The notes below the pieces were generated by a model, which saw only the letters and a list, made by a program, of their open reading frames with translations, was not told the DNA's origin and did no database searches. Shown here piece by piece: positions 12,714-25,723 of a stretch of 64,000 nt of DNA. The stretch comes from Rotaria socialis (Eukaryota), in assembly GCA_905331295.1 (NCBI GenBank), contig CAJNYD010000057.1, positions 62,001-126,000 on the forward strand, written 5' to 3'. The stretch's first letter is position 1; every line of letters begins with the position of its first letter. The position numbers were made by a program, and so were the translations under genes.

Positions 12714-13200
12714 ATTTTCAATTCGAAGTCTTGACTTCATTACGGACATCACCTATTTGTTCATGAAATTCAAACATATCCAAAATAATCTGATGCACCG
12801 GGACCAAGAACACTACTTATAATAGTCATTATTCCACATTAATTCAATCGAATATATCATATAAATATTAAAAAAAATCTTTATAGAAATGCGAAAATGA
12901 CATTTTCCATAGAATTATTAATAACTTTTATATAATCAAGTACATCAGCAGCGTCATAAATAGAGCGAGTGATTTCAATGAAAAGAACATCAAATGGTAA
13001 TTGAGAGACGGTTTTTAATAAAGTCTATAGCTATGAAAATAGCCTAAAGGACAGCAAAACAAAAAGACAGATCGATTTTGAATGATACGGAAAATAATAC
13101 CCTATTTACGAATTAGTTTTAGATTGAATAACTTGAGTAATTCTTTGCCTTTGGCCAATATTAATCAATTGCTTTATTTTTCTGTACTCAGAATAAGTTT
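12714..13200 (-). pseudogene. Decayed tandem duplicate of COMT
   Basis: Minus-strand fragments LINIGQRQ..QVIQSK, VSQLPFDVLFIEITRSIYDAADVLDYIKVINNSMENVI, VLGPGASDYFGYV and FHEQIGDVRNEVKTS are collinear with the intact COMT. Contains stops, deletions and frameshifts. Confidence 0.75.
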
Positions 13201-13527
13201 AAGCAAATCAATGAGAAATTCCAAAATAATAATTATATCGATTTCATTGAAACAATAAAACTCATATCATACGACTAAACCAGAATCGCGTACATAAAAA
13301 AAAGCCAGCTAATAAAAATTACCCGTACGATATAACATTATCAAACAATAGCGACATCTTGTTCAATTGTTCAACGCGATTTGCTGTACGAATTATACCA
13401 TTCAAAATATCTTTCTCCACTTCATTCTTTTCATTCCGACACGACAAAAAAATTTACCCTTGACATCTACATCAATATAGTCAATAAGTAAGATTTATGC
13501 GATTGGTTTTCTTTTTATTTTCTCATT

Positions 13528-14578
13528 TTAACAATGAATAAGTGGCGTTGTTGATTCTTCGCTGAATGTTGTATTTAAACGATAGCCTAACACAATGGCT
13601 TGCTCGCGGTGTTCAACATATGTTATTTGTATAAAATCCAGAATAGACCGATTACCAATAATTAAATATCGTTCACGTAATTGATCGAATTCTTTTATTT
13701 TCGATAGATTTATCTCATAAATCAATGGACGTTTGATATCACGAAATAATCGTTCATAGGGGATCTTTTGTTCTTTACACATACGCTCAATTTCATCAAT
13801 AACCAATGTTCTAACTTTAGACTAAAGTAAAGAAATATAAATAGACGAGTTTTTTTATTAATTAGTTCGATTGGGATCTATAATACATAGTTCAGTAGGA
13901 AACATTAAGCTAAATCTTAATCCTAGATATGATATTTTCCTAATGGATTCACGTCGTATAGATATTTATTATTCATTGCAAATAAAAATAGTCAACTTTT
14001 GTATTAAATCCTCCTAGTTGTTTTCGGAGTCGATGGAAATATAGTTTTTTTTTCTTCTTCTAAAACCTAATTGACATTCTCGACTTTTTATTCTGTTTGC
14101 CATTCGTACGTTATTTTGTTTGTGCATTTTCTTTCAGCGGAGATCGTTCTAAAAGTAACATGGAAATTTAGTTATTTACCTGAATACAAAATTGAAATGC
14201 TTTTGATAGACGATTTAATGATTTTATTTGTATATTATTAATCATAAATTGTATCGTTTGATGTTGATTATTAAATATAAGCGCGATTACTTTAATATCG
14301 AAACTAATGCGAAAACGTATAAAATGATAGTCATGAAAATTAATATGAAACACGAATTGAACGCCATCTTCATGACAATACAGATCTTGAAACGAATCAT
14401 CTTGATTTATTTCACATAATATACGTATTTTACGCCTTATTAGATCTTCGTCGATGTGAATACGATCGTTACGGAATTCGGTTAAAAATTCATCAGGAAA
14501 ATTTAATGCTTTTAATAATTGAATAAGAGTATTTTTATTTATAAAGAATTGTGTAGCGATTTGTGTAAAAATATTCAT
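13528..14578 (-). CDS. Uncharacterised ~230-aa globular protein (exons 14578-14180, 13821-13528)
   Basis: ATG at 14578 (MNIFTQIATQ). Phase-0 GT-AG intron joins ...FCIQ to SKVRTLVIDEIE...; stop at 13528. Confidence 0.7.
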
Positions 14579-14852
14579 GGAACTGATAGGAAATTTAGAA
14601 TGAAACAAGTAGAAGCAAAAAGCAGCATCGAGGACATGTAGAAAGCACAAAACAAAAATGGCACAGGAACGTCGATAGAAAACTTGACAAGAGAATAAGC
14701 ACAATAGTGACAGCTCGCGTTCTTTGAATGATGAATGAACATGATGCAGAATAATAAGTAGAAAAGGAAAAAGAAAAGAAATAGCGCTTGTCACGAATTA
14801 CTTACTATTAATAGTAAAGCAGCAATATGTTTGTCTTCCTCTAGTATAACTT

Positions 14853-16974
14853 ATGCATAATAAACTATCAGAACCAACTGAATTCAATCATGGAAATCGA
14901 TCTATACGTAAATCAAAGTGGACTTCGAACCTATCCGTAAGTTTATTCAATAGTTAATTTTCCTGTAGGAGAAACGAATTTTTTTTTCTCATTTCCTAGA
15001 TTGTGTCGAAGAAAAAAATTAATGGTATTCCATCTATTAAAATTGAAATTGATGTAGATAATAAATTAGAAGTAAATTAAATCGAAGAATCCAGTCCAAA
15101 ATTCTTTTACTTCTCTTTTTCTTTCAGACAAACAAATCTTCACCAACAGTAGATAAAACGAATGGAAATTTGTACGAAAAAATCAAAAACTCTATACCTA
15201 ATTATATATTTTTCGTTAATAAATAGATCGCCTAATCATCGTCGACGTCCAAAACGTTCATCGGTAAACAATAATGCATTTTTATCAACAATTGGTAGTG
15301 TACATGAACTCATGTCATTTGTTATCTATAAAGGTCTATAAAAACAAAGAGCATTTCTCATTCTAATTATTAACTCATTTTATTCATACATAACAGATAA
15401 TCCACCATCGTGGTTAAAACAAACTGATTTATACAAAGAATATAAAAAGAAATCTGAACAAATAAATACCGAAAATCTATCGTCAGTATCACCTCCTCAT
15501 TATCATCAACAATTGCATCGTAAACAACGTTGTAACCTTCAAATGTACGCACGATCAAGTCTTTCATGGCAATCATTACCATCCCCACCATTACTTAATT
15601 TATCATTAGAGAATTATTCAAATGAATCAATACATAAAAATAAACGTGACACAAATATATCTCCTATATATGCATCTTCATTATCATCATCGTCGTCGTC
15701 GCCATCTGCATCATCATCATCAATGATGGATTTCACATTGCCATTGAATATTTCGATAAAATCCGAACCTGCTGAACAAAATTCAATTTCAACACCGAAT
15801 AAATCTAAACCAATAAAACAATCATCGTCGACTGTAACAACAAGACGACAACATATGTTATGCAAGAAGAAAATTCCTCAAAATGGCGCACGTCATCCAC
15901 AACGTATGAACAGTGTAGAAGATCTAGGTAATAAAATATAGTCTTTGGTCATATGCAACAATAGTCTCGATCTCATTTTCAGGAATTTTCACAGAACATT
16001 AGTTAGTCATTTTTATGTACCATTTATTAACATGAACAGAATATACAAGAGGTATCCAAAACCTACTACTATAGCTTGCCCATTTCAATAAAATCCTTTT
16101 TTTTCTTAAATTAACGTTGTTATTATTAATGAGAAGATGTCTAGCCTTCAGAATCGGCAAGTACTGAATTCAAACTGTGATATGATGTGCGATAATTATC
16201 AACATAGTTCATACAGTAATTTGTGTTCTACTAATGATAAGCGTAGCTCACTGCTTCATTATGCATTAAGATCGTTTTTGCTTTTCGATTAGGTCTATTT
16301 CATTTTATTGATTGACTGAAAATGAACCCGGCATTTCAGATTCAAATAGTTAAACTCGTGTTAAAAAAGTTTTTAATTCATAATTAGTCTCAATGAATGC
16401 TTTCCAGATCTCATTTTATCGTTGCTTTGGCTAAATAACAAAACCGTCATTTTCCCTACTAATCTTGATCATATCACTTGAAGATTCTTATTCAAGATAT
16501 ATATATATATATATAAATATATATTATTATCATCATAAAGTTTGAAAATGAATCTATCTCTTTTTAGAAGCATTAGAGAGAAAAGATCTATCATCCTCAT
16601 CGCAACATGACAGTAATACATCGACTTCATCATCTTCTATAGAACATACATCTCCATCGCCAACCACAACTGTTTCAGGTTCATCCTCTCAACATTCAAG
16701 TCCAGCCGAATATATGCGTGGTTATGGATCAATAAACACTCGACTTTCTTCACCATTACGTATTCAAACAAGTATTTCACCGCATTTACAATCATTATCA
16801 ACATCACAACGTCGTTCAACACGTATATGGGCACCGTCAAGTTTTTATATTAATCCGATGTGGATTATACCGACGGCTGCTACATCAAAACGATCAGTTA
16901 CACAAAATTCATCATTATCACCCTCGCCATCATCCGAAACAAATCAACGACCAAAACGACTCTGCCGTTCGTAG
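14853..16974 (+). CDS. Ser/Pro-rich, probably disordered protein of unknown function (about 6 exons)
   Basis: Spliced path MHNKLSEP...TSNLS | IVSKKK...KLE | TNKSSP.. | SPNHRRRPKRSS.. | ORF 15513 region | last exon from ~16569 including ORF 16714-16974. Consistent GT-AG phases. NLS-like basic clusters. Confidence 0.65.
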
Positions 16975-17223
16975 AATAAATACAAACGGCATAGCTCTTC
17001 GATATATATTAGTCTGTTCTTTATATAGAAAAATAGAATTGTCTATGTAAATTCAAATCCGTCTTTGCGCTTTGTTTGTTTTCTGTTACACATTTTGACT
17101 TCTTGTTTTGTGGACTCGTTTTTCTTCTTCTTTAAGAGACGCTACCATATCTCTCTTATCTTTCAATAAAACTTAAATTAAAAAAAAAAGCAAAAACACA
17201 GCATTTTCATCTTATCCTGCAAA

Positions 17224-17535
17224 ATGAAACCATCTATTGTCGTTCTATTTTGTTCATTATTCCTAATGACCCGAACAAAAAACATCGATACCATCCCAGA
17301 ATCAAACGCAGATATTATTTGTCTAGATGGAATAACAGTGTGCTCAGCGGACAGCACTTGTTGCAAAACAATAGACGGAGGTTATTCATGTTGTCCACTG
17401 AAAAAAGGTGTCTGCTGTGCAGATCATAAACATTGTTGTCCTGAACATTATAAATGTGACTTGAAAATTTTCAAATGTGATCGAACATTTAATGCACAAA
17501 TTCTTCGAATGAAATCATCGTTGAAGAAAAATTAA
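17224..17535 (+). CDS. Secreted single-granulin-domain protein
   Basis: Signal peptide plus one complete 12-Cys granulin motif C-C-CC-CC-CC-CC-C-C, including CCADHKHCCP. Confidence 0.9.
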   Translation: MKPSIVVLFCSLFLMTRTKNIDTIPESNADIICLDGITVCSADSTCCKTIDGGYSCCPLKKGVCCADHKHCCPEHYKCDLKIFKCDRTFNAQILRMKSSLKKN

Positions 17536-20338
17536 TTTTCGTTTGTGGATGATATAATATACATTGAATCTTTTTTTTCAATTGCCTATTCAGAACTATG
17601 GTTATGAAGAATATTTTGGATCTTCTTTATATTTCACGAAACGAATGATGCTCAATGCTAAAACATTTTTTTTCTAATAACAACGTTTCTACTTCAAACT
17701 TATCAGTATTATATTAGTAGAAAGGATGCAGGCAAGAATCTGTTAATTTGATTCAATTAAAATAGATTTTGTTGAGATCTTTGATTTTAACTGAAAATGA
17801 GTTTATACCAGGATTGTTACTGTTTTTAATGAGTCTTATATTCTAAAATAGATACACTCTACGCAGAGTATAGTTGTTGAAATAATATGAGAACTTTAAT
17901 CTTTTATTTTGCGTTCTTGTTTGTCGCTAGATAAATATGTTGCATTAGAAATAGTTATTTTTATATTTTAATTGAAAATGACGTTAATATAGCAACATGA
18001 CTATTAAGTAAAAGGATTTTCTCTAACGGAATGTATGATAATTTCGTAGATAAATATACAATAGGGTACTACGTAAAAAATATAAATCAAATATTTTTAT
18101 ATCGACAATAAATATTCGCTACTATAATAATTTAGAAATCCTTGACATTATCACAAGTGAATGATAGCTCTACTGCTCTCATCTGGTAATCTGAAGCATG
18201 TTTTATCATAAAAAGTAATAAATTATAGTCAACATAGAAAATTTTCATAGCTACATTTTATTTATTTGAAAAGGAGTAGCCGGAAAAAAATAGGAATTTT
18301 TTATAATTATTGATTAAGCTTTATATCTGTATGATTATTACTATTTTTAAGTACTAGAAATGACAAGTAAATGCCAACACTGTCAAAACAAATAAATACA
18401 TTTGAATTCCTTTGTTTGATGGCAAAAACAAATTTATTGTGAATCAAATTGACAAGCATTTTTGAATCAGCGAGAAAATAGCCAAACAGAAATCTAATTA
18501 TTGAGGTCTTCGTGCCTCAATAATTGATCATCGACGAGATCAATGACCCAGATGAGTCTATTTGATAATTGAAACATCTAAACGAGGTCTCTATTCTGTC
18601 TGTTTGCTTATTTTAAGTGGAATACAGTTGTTAGAATACAAGGTATGAGGGTCTCTTTTTTTTTTCTAAATTCTTGCTTTTTTATGGGCGAATGCCGTAA
18701 AAATAATTTGAAAAAAACGACATTTTAATTTTAGTACTACTGTTTCCTACGAAAATGCCAAAACTCAATTCTAATAAGAGGGAGTTTTTGAAACAACCAG
18801 AAAATTTTGATTACAATGAAACTATGTTAACACTTCCGGGTTGTGCAATCTCAACAGGTTAAGCAGAGACAAATATTTATCCCTTGTCCTGAGAAAAACG
18901 TATATCTGTTCCTGCGGTTGATTACAAAAATCATTAAAATAACCAGATATTGAATAAAAAACCTGTATCATTCATGAAGAAACATAGTCTCTCAGACTAT
19001 TTTTTAATTGAACGCTTTCGGAAGGTTATACTGTGGCGATTATCATTTGGTTAAATCATGACTTGGTCTAAATTATGCTTTCATATAATTTGACAAACGT
19101 ATATCAATATTTACCATTGGAAGATTTATAGATTTCAATAAAACTGATAAAAAAATAGAAATAGACGATCTTGCATTTTATTCTCTCAACATTTCAACTG
19201 AATAAGAACTATGAATAGGTTTGAAAAAATGAAGTTGATTTTTATAGTTGTTTAGCCTCTATGTGAAGATTTTATTGAAGATCAACTTTCAAAATAAACA
19301 GTCACTTCACGAAGTAATATGAACCTTTCAACTCGATATTTTTGGTTTCGTTTATATTTCACAAGTGAACATCATTTTCTTCTAGGCAAAATAGAGACCG
19401 AAATAGATGAGACACCTTCCTTTTTCTTTTTCTTTTTTTTAAAATTATTTTACTGATATACTCGTCCTATGATGAATGATTATTTTCATCGCCTTGTTTG
19501 TATGTGTAACGCGATTGCTCGAATCAAGTATTTTTATGACTGAATTCAGCATGATTTTTGATATATCAGTCTAGTTTTATGTACCGCTCGTCAGTAATTG
19601 AAATCGAAAGAAGTCATTATTTCATCCTACCGTTCCGTATCACTAGTACTACTAACATATATAAACGAATGATGAAAAAAAACGAAGTAATTCGATTTTA
19701 TTCTCGTCTGGCTAGTTTGCTCGCATATATTGGAGCACATTTTTCGATTCTATTAGTGTCACGCCTCAATACGTTTTAAACAACTATACTACGCTATTCT
19801 ATCGTTGATTTTTGTTTACATTCTTGTTGCTGTTGAGGTTGTCAATTGCTACGCTGTTTTTTTCGTCTAGGCTACACTAACGTAATATGTATCCAGTCAC
19901 AAATGTCTTTATTATAGCTACTTAAAACAATGGATAGATATTCGATAAGAAGAGAAGGATAATATTGAATTTTATCTATGAGATAAGGTAAGCATGAGAA
20001 CAGAAATGAAATATAACAGTATGTAGAGAAAAAATATTCGATTGTTCCTCACTATCATTGATAAACTACGGAAGTGATCAAGTAGAAGCTTATGTGTCAT
20101 AGTTTTTAGAGTAGCTTAAGTGACATTTACATGTAGGTAATATTCAGAATTCAGATCTTTCACCTTGGCTGAGCTAAAATATCAAAGAGAACGAGAAAAA
20201 CAAAATATAAAAAAAGACCTAGTGTACTTTTTATTTTATTTTTTATTTATCCACATATCCGATGATATATTCAGATTTATATTACAATCAAAATGTTTTC
20301 TTTATTGAATAGATCTTGTTTTTTTTTCAACATAAAAA

Positions 20339-21121
20339 ATGATGTTTATATTATTCACCAGTGTATTATTCGTGTTAATTCATCAAGGACAATGCAGTAT
20401 GCACGCCACAGCTAATCTTCAATTACATACTACAGCAACGTCAATAGGAACATTGACATTTTCTCAACAAGATGCAAATTCACCTGTTCAAATTACTGGT
20501 ACACTTCGGTCATTGAATATTAGTGCCAATCATGTATGATTCAAAGAATTCAAAAAGCAGATCATTTTTCATGGAATTTTTGTTTTCGAAGGGCTTTCAT
20601 GTTCATACTTATGGAGTTTCAGAAAGTTCACCAAATTGTACAGCAGCTGGTGGCCATTTTAATCCTTACAGTAAATCATAACAATTTACGTTTTATTATA
20701 TTCGTAAAAATATTTAGATACTTCTCATGGACCTCGTAATGCCACTATCATGCAGCGACATGTTGGTGATCTTGGCAATATAACAACGGATGCTAATGGT
20801 ATAGTTACTATTAATATTCAAGATAGTATTATTCAATTTTATAATGCTACACAATCGATTGCTAATAGAACTATAGTTGTACATCGTATGTATGACGATG
20901 GTGGTATGGGAGCGGGTGAAAGCAATCTAACTGGGTAAGATGTCAAATTTTTCTTTTCGAATTTTTATTGATTTTTTGTTTCGACTTGAAATAGAAATGC
21001 CGGTGAACGAGTTGCTTGTGGTTCTATCATAATGACGATGTCCGATGGAATAAATATCAAACCGATTACATCTAATCTGTTTCTTGCAATGATGGCCATT
21101 ATCATGATATTCTTCTACTGA
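20339..21121 (+). CDS. Extracellular Cu/Zn superoxide dismutase with a C-terminal hydrophobic (GPI-signal-like) tail, 4 exons
   Basis: Signal peptide. Motifs HGFHVH, GGHFNP, SHG, RHVGDLGNI, TIVVH and GNAGERVACG, so all Cu/Zn ligands and the catalytic Arg are present. Tail LFLAMMAIIMIFFY*. Confidence 0.92.
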
Positions 21122-21896
21122 CAATATACTTGATTCTTTTGTCTTTTTGCTTGATATTTATTAAATATTATTATGGGAAGGTTTCATTTATTTTACTTGT
21201 TGTATTCGTTCATTTAATTGGTGTTTTTAATATATGGTTGATAAATGGTTAAACTTAGAAAATGATGGTACTATTCGTTGATTCAACAAAAAACACTAAT
21301 AAAATGCTATTGTTTTGTGTGCTTATCGAATGCAATATAAAAATTTTCTTCTATTCACTCATAAATGTTGTTATTGTACTTTTCCCGATATTCTATTTTT
21401 TAATCTGAACTATGAAGTTTTATTTAATGATGATTGAGAAATAGCTATAAAATAAATAAAAATATCTACTTTGTGTATTTTTCAGTACAGTAATAAGTCG
21501 CTAGTTTTTCATCGTATAAAAATCATCAATATAATTCGTTTTGAGTCACTCTTAATCATCAGACAATCATCGGTTTGCGAAAGAGAAAAAAATCACGTAT
21601 CTGTAGGAAAATATCTTCTAACTTTTCCCAAGGTAAAAAGCTTCATAGAAAGTTGGAAAATATTTGATTCATTATTGTTTACAGATCAGCAATAGAAATT
21701 TACTTGTCAATTTCAAGAAGTAAAAATTCAAATGATATTAATCATGTCTGACGATTTTTCTCTAATGCCACTATCTGTTAATGAATAAAGTAAAATCATT
21801 GATAGAATAATGAATTGTTGTTCCAATTCATAGAACTTTCGAAATGAAAAACAACACATGATCGATACACGTAGTTAGCCATGACTTGTTTATACC

Positions 21897-22510
21897 GAAT
21901 TGGCGGAAAAGGCAGACAACAAAAACGCCGAACAGGAAAATGCCTAAACTGGTAATTGCAGAAGATGAAAACGTCGAAAAAAAGCATAACGTCGAAAGGA
22001 AAACGTCGAATGAAAAAGATGTCTATAGGTAACGAAATTTTTTTTTTTTAGTTGGTATTGGTTTTTAGTAGGATAAGTTAAATTCGTTGTCCTCCACGTC
22101 TGTAGTTGTCCATTGTTAGCGTATACCATATATATAAATCAGTCGGGCGAAAACAACTAACAAATAATTCTCTCTTCAATTGTTGGCAATGGACAGTGAA
22201 ATATCATTCTTAACGACTAATAAAGGTAAACCATTACTAGTGTTTAACCAATATATGTTCACATTCACATGCAATAAAACGTCCTCATCAAAAAAGTATT
22301 GGGCTTGTATTAAAACATAGATGCAACGTATATGTGCACACCAATTTAGAAAATAAATTTTTCGTTTTCTTTAAAATCATCAAAAAAGTCAATTTTCGAC
22401 ATTTACCTTTTCGGTGTTTACTTTTTTCATTCGACGTTTACAATTTCTGTATTTTCCCCTTCTATGTTTGCCTTTTCGACATTTTCCCTTTCTGCCTTTT
22501 CCACCAAACC
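21897..22510 (+). mobile_element. Non-autonomous Mutator-like (MULE) element carrying a FLYWCH zinc-finger remnant
   Basis: TIRs gaattggcggaaaaggcaga vs reverse complement ggtttggtggaaaaggcaga (17/20), with gtcgaa/ttcgac subrepeats. Internal 22189-22360 reads MDSEISFLTTNKGKPLLVFNQYMF..CNKTSSSKKYWACIKT*/CNVYVHT. Confidence 0.75.
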
Positions 22511-22529
22511 AGATAGAACTGTTGCAGTA

Positions 22530-23114
22530 ATAACTTTCTTAATATTATTTTCAAATCGTTTTTCATGTTGTAATGTAATGCATAAATATCGTATTCTATA
22601 GCAAAGACGAAAAATTTATAAAACTGTATGAACAGATACAGTTGAAGATGAACCAGATATTCGCTAAACCAAGTAAGATTAGATTAGATTTGAATTTATA
22701 ATTTGATATATTTAAATAATGACTAGGATATTGAAGTTTAAGTGAACGAAGAGATAATGATTTAATTGTTAGCAATATTCAAGTTAATTCATCATTATTA
22801 TTTTTATTTAAATCTAAGCGGTCTGGTTGAAATATTTCAAGTATAACAAGTTTATTAAGATCACGAATTCTATCAAAAATATTTATTGAAATAACTTGAT
22901 CTTCATGAAAAGTTAAATGAGACAAAAGAAAATTAATTTGTTGGCGAAAATTTCCAAATGAAATAACCATATGAAGTGGAATTGATTTTAAAATATTTGA
23001 TATTCGTTTATTTAATAACGTAAAACCAGTAAATGTATGAAGCATATGTAAATAATCAAATATTTCAAAGAATATTTCATTTGATAAATCTTCTAAATGT
23101 GTTTTTCCATTCAT
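22530..23114 (-). pseudogene. F-box-like/LRR family pseudogene
   Basis: N-terminal F-box-like THLEDLSNEIFFEIFDYL...LNKRISNIL. Premature TGA at 22779, after which the frame continues ILLTIKSLSLRSLKLQYP, then a frameshift and a further stop. Abuts the MULE. Confidence 0.7.
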
Positions 23115-23488
23115 TTTTATAAACTATGATAATCTTAATACAATTGAATGTAGTTTAACTGATGAAAATATGAAATGAACGAATAACGAAAAGAAAAAAT
23201 AACTAAGACAATTTGATCTATTATGTTACGGACCCTGACGGAAAAGAGCACATAGTTAGTCATGACTATGAATAATGATCCAGTAAAAGATGAATCAACG
23301 AAGAAATAAACAGTGGACAAGACCAAATGTTGACGGCTAAGTGTGATAGAAAAAACAAAAAGTCTATTTCGTATATCGTCCATTGGAATGAAAGAGAACA
23401 TGAATACCCATATAATTCGTATACATTTATTTCATAGTATTGTTTAGTTTAGTTTAGTTATATTTTTGATGATGTTTTTCTAGAAGTT

Positions 23489-24159
23489 ATGTCCTTTAAA
23501 ATAATGAATAATGTTGATGACGATTTCGATGATATTGATTTGAACGAACTTTTTAATGATTTTGATGAAAACAAATCACCTATTCTTTGTTCAGTTCCAA
23601 CTCCTTATGCCATGAAGTAAGCTTTAAATTGTTCAAATTTAGAAAAACTACTCTATTATTTATAAAAAAAAAAGAATTACTATGAAAAGAAAGCCAGATG
23701 ATTTATTTGAATTCAATGAAAATGATTGTACAGCACCAAAAGTTAATCGAAAACGAGCAAAAACTAAGAAAAAAATGAACGGTAAACAAACGACGATGTA
23801 CGATTATGCTTCGACTGTGTCACGTAAACATAAAGAATTCTATTCATCATTGGATAATACAACGACAGTAAAAACAATTATCAAAGGACAAAAACGTTCA
23901 TTACCGGTAAATTGAATTAATGCTTTCATTTTTTAAACCACATATTTGTTTTTTTTGCAATGTAAAGGACTATCCACCGGCACCACCAATTTCGAAAAAA
24001 ACGAAAACATCTGCATATAATAATTCATCATCAACGCCACCAGATTTTATTGACAATCTTCTACGGTATCTTGATGAACGTAGTCGTCTTAAAACAGGTG
24101 AATTGCCAGAAGAACAAGAGGCTTTAAAAACTACGGATATACAAACAAAAGAAAAATAA
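23489..24159 (+). CDS. Small uncharacterised protein, acidic N-terminus and basic middle (3 exons)
   Basis: MSFKIMNNVDDDFDDIDLNELF...YAMK | ITMKRKPDD...SLP | DYPPAPP...TKEK*, joined by short GT-AG introns in frame. Confidence 0.65.
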
Positions 24160-25723
24160 AACTCGTTTTTAGGATTTTGAAATAATTGATATTTATTTTT
24201 GATACATTTTATCGATATGGTACTTTTTAGTTTATCTAGGTGTGTATTTTGTTCACTCGATTGTAAATTTTTAGATAAACGAAAGGTTCAAAGAAAGGTT
24301 CTTTTTTCTCTGTAATAAATTAATGATCAGAATGAATTCAAGTTTTAACTTCAGATCAAAAAGGTTATTTTCAATCGAATAATAAAATTTCAGGCTACAG
24401 TACAATGAACTTTTACTTCTGCTTTGATGGATTACAAAGCTAATAAGTCATTCCCATTTCTCCAAGGAATTATCACAGTGATGCAGAGAGCGTCTCAACA
24501 GATTAGAAACGTTATTCTTTCGTTAATAGATATATCTCTGTGTTACTCCTTGATCCTCAAAAATCTGACGAGTTCATTTGATTTACTCGCTTGAGAATTA
24601 TAACGAAAGTAAAACGCGATGACGAAAGAAGGTTGAGGGTAACCTGTTTGTTATTTATTTTTCTGTCAGTGTACTCCATACAAGCGAAAACGAATTGCCC
24701 GCATATACCATTTATTCACATGAGATCTCGTTGTGAGTAACAAAGCGCGGCGATGACAAAAATTAGTATTCAGAACTTCCATATTTGCTACGGAATCTTC
24801 GTAATAATTAGTGAATATCAGCGGAACCACTCCTTGTCCGTAGAAAGAGAAAGAAGTTTGACTCGTTTTCTCTCTATAGGACAAAAATAGTAAGTTTTAA
24901 ACTTAGAATTTATGCTCTCATTAGCGATACTTCAAAGAGTGAAACAAGTATTTTCTGTAAGTCATCCTCACATACTTTACATCAAATTCTAGCCAACAAT
25001 TATAACTCAACATCTGTCATTAAATATGAACTAACACTACTGGAAATTAATTTTACTCTAGAACAATTATTAAATATAATTAATTCAGTCTTTTCTTTGT
25101 GATCTTTTCTTTATATTAACATCGATCGTACCATACATATATCGTCTATAATGACGTAGAAAAATAGAGTTGAAGATCAAGACAGAAAAAACAAGCAATC
25201 ATACAAGAAAAGTAACATCACATAAGTAGAAAGAGCAAATCAAAGAAAATCATCAATCGATATTTAGTGTTCTCTGTTGACAAGGAAAAAGAAAAGATAG
25301 TAACTGAAATCAGCACATTTCAGCTGATTTTCGTGCTTGAAAGCACACACACACACACACACATGTATACATTTATCTTGTCTATTCGGTTTTAATGATA
25401 TATGACGACAGTTAACAAGAGAAGGACAGGATGTCGACAATATATTACATGAAAAAAGAATAGTTTCAGGAATAAAGTAAAAGATCGAAGTTGACTATAT
25501 ATGCAGAACAAAAGGAAAAAACACCAATGAACATTTACATGGACAAAGTTACGAGATACTGGCGATGACGAGTCGAAGAATAATATTATTGATTCTTCTT
25601 ACAATTAATACAGATTTATTTACAGTCCAAAGTATCAATAATACTGAGACATATTACTATAAAAGAAAATGAATCAAAATAAAAATTAAATTCAAATAAA
25701 AATTTTCTTTACCATTTTGATTA

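Noticed and set aside
24666..24884. Relatively GC-rich stretch with an Sm-site-like AATTTTTG and a ctacgga/tccgtag stem on the minus strand
   Set aside because: Lacks the U5 loop GCCTTTTAC and other snRNA or spliced-leader signatures. An Rfam cmscan would settle it.
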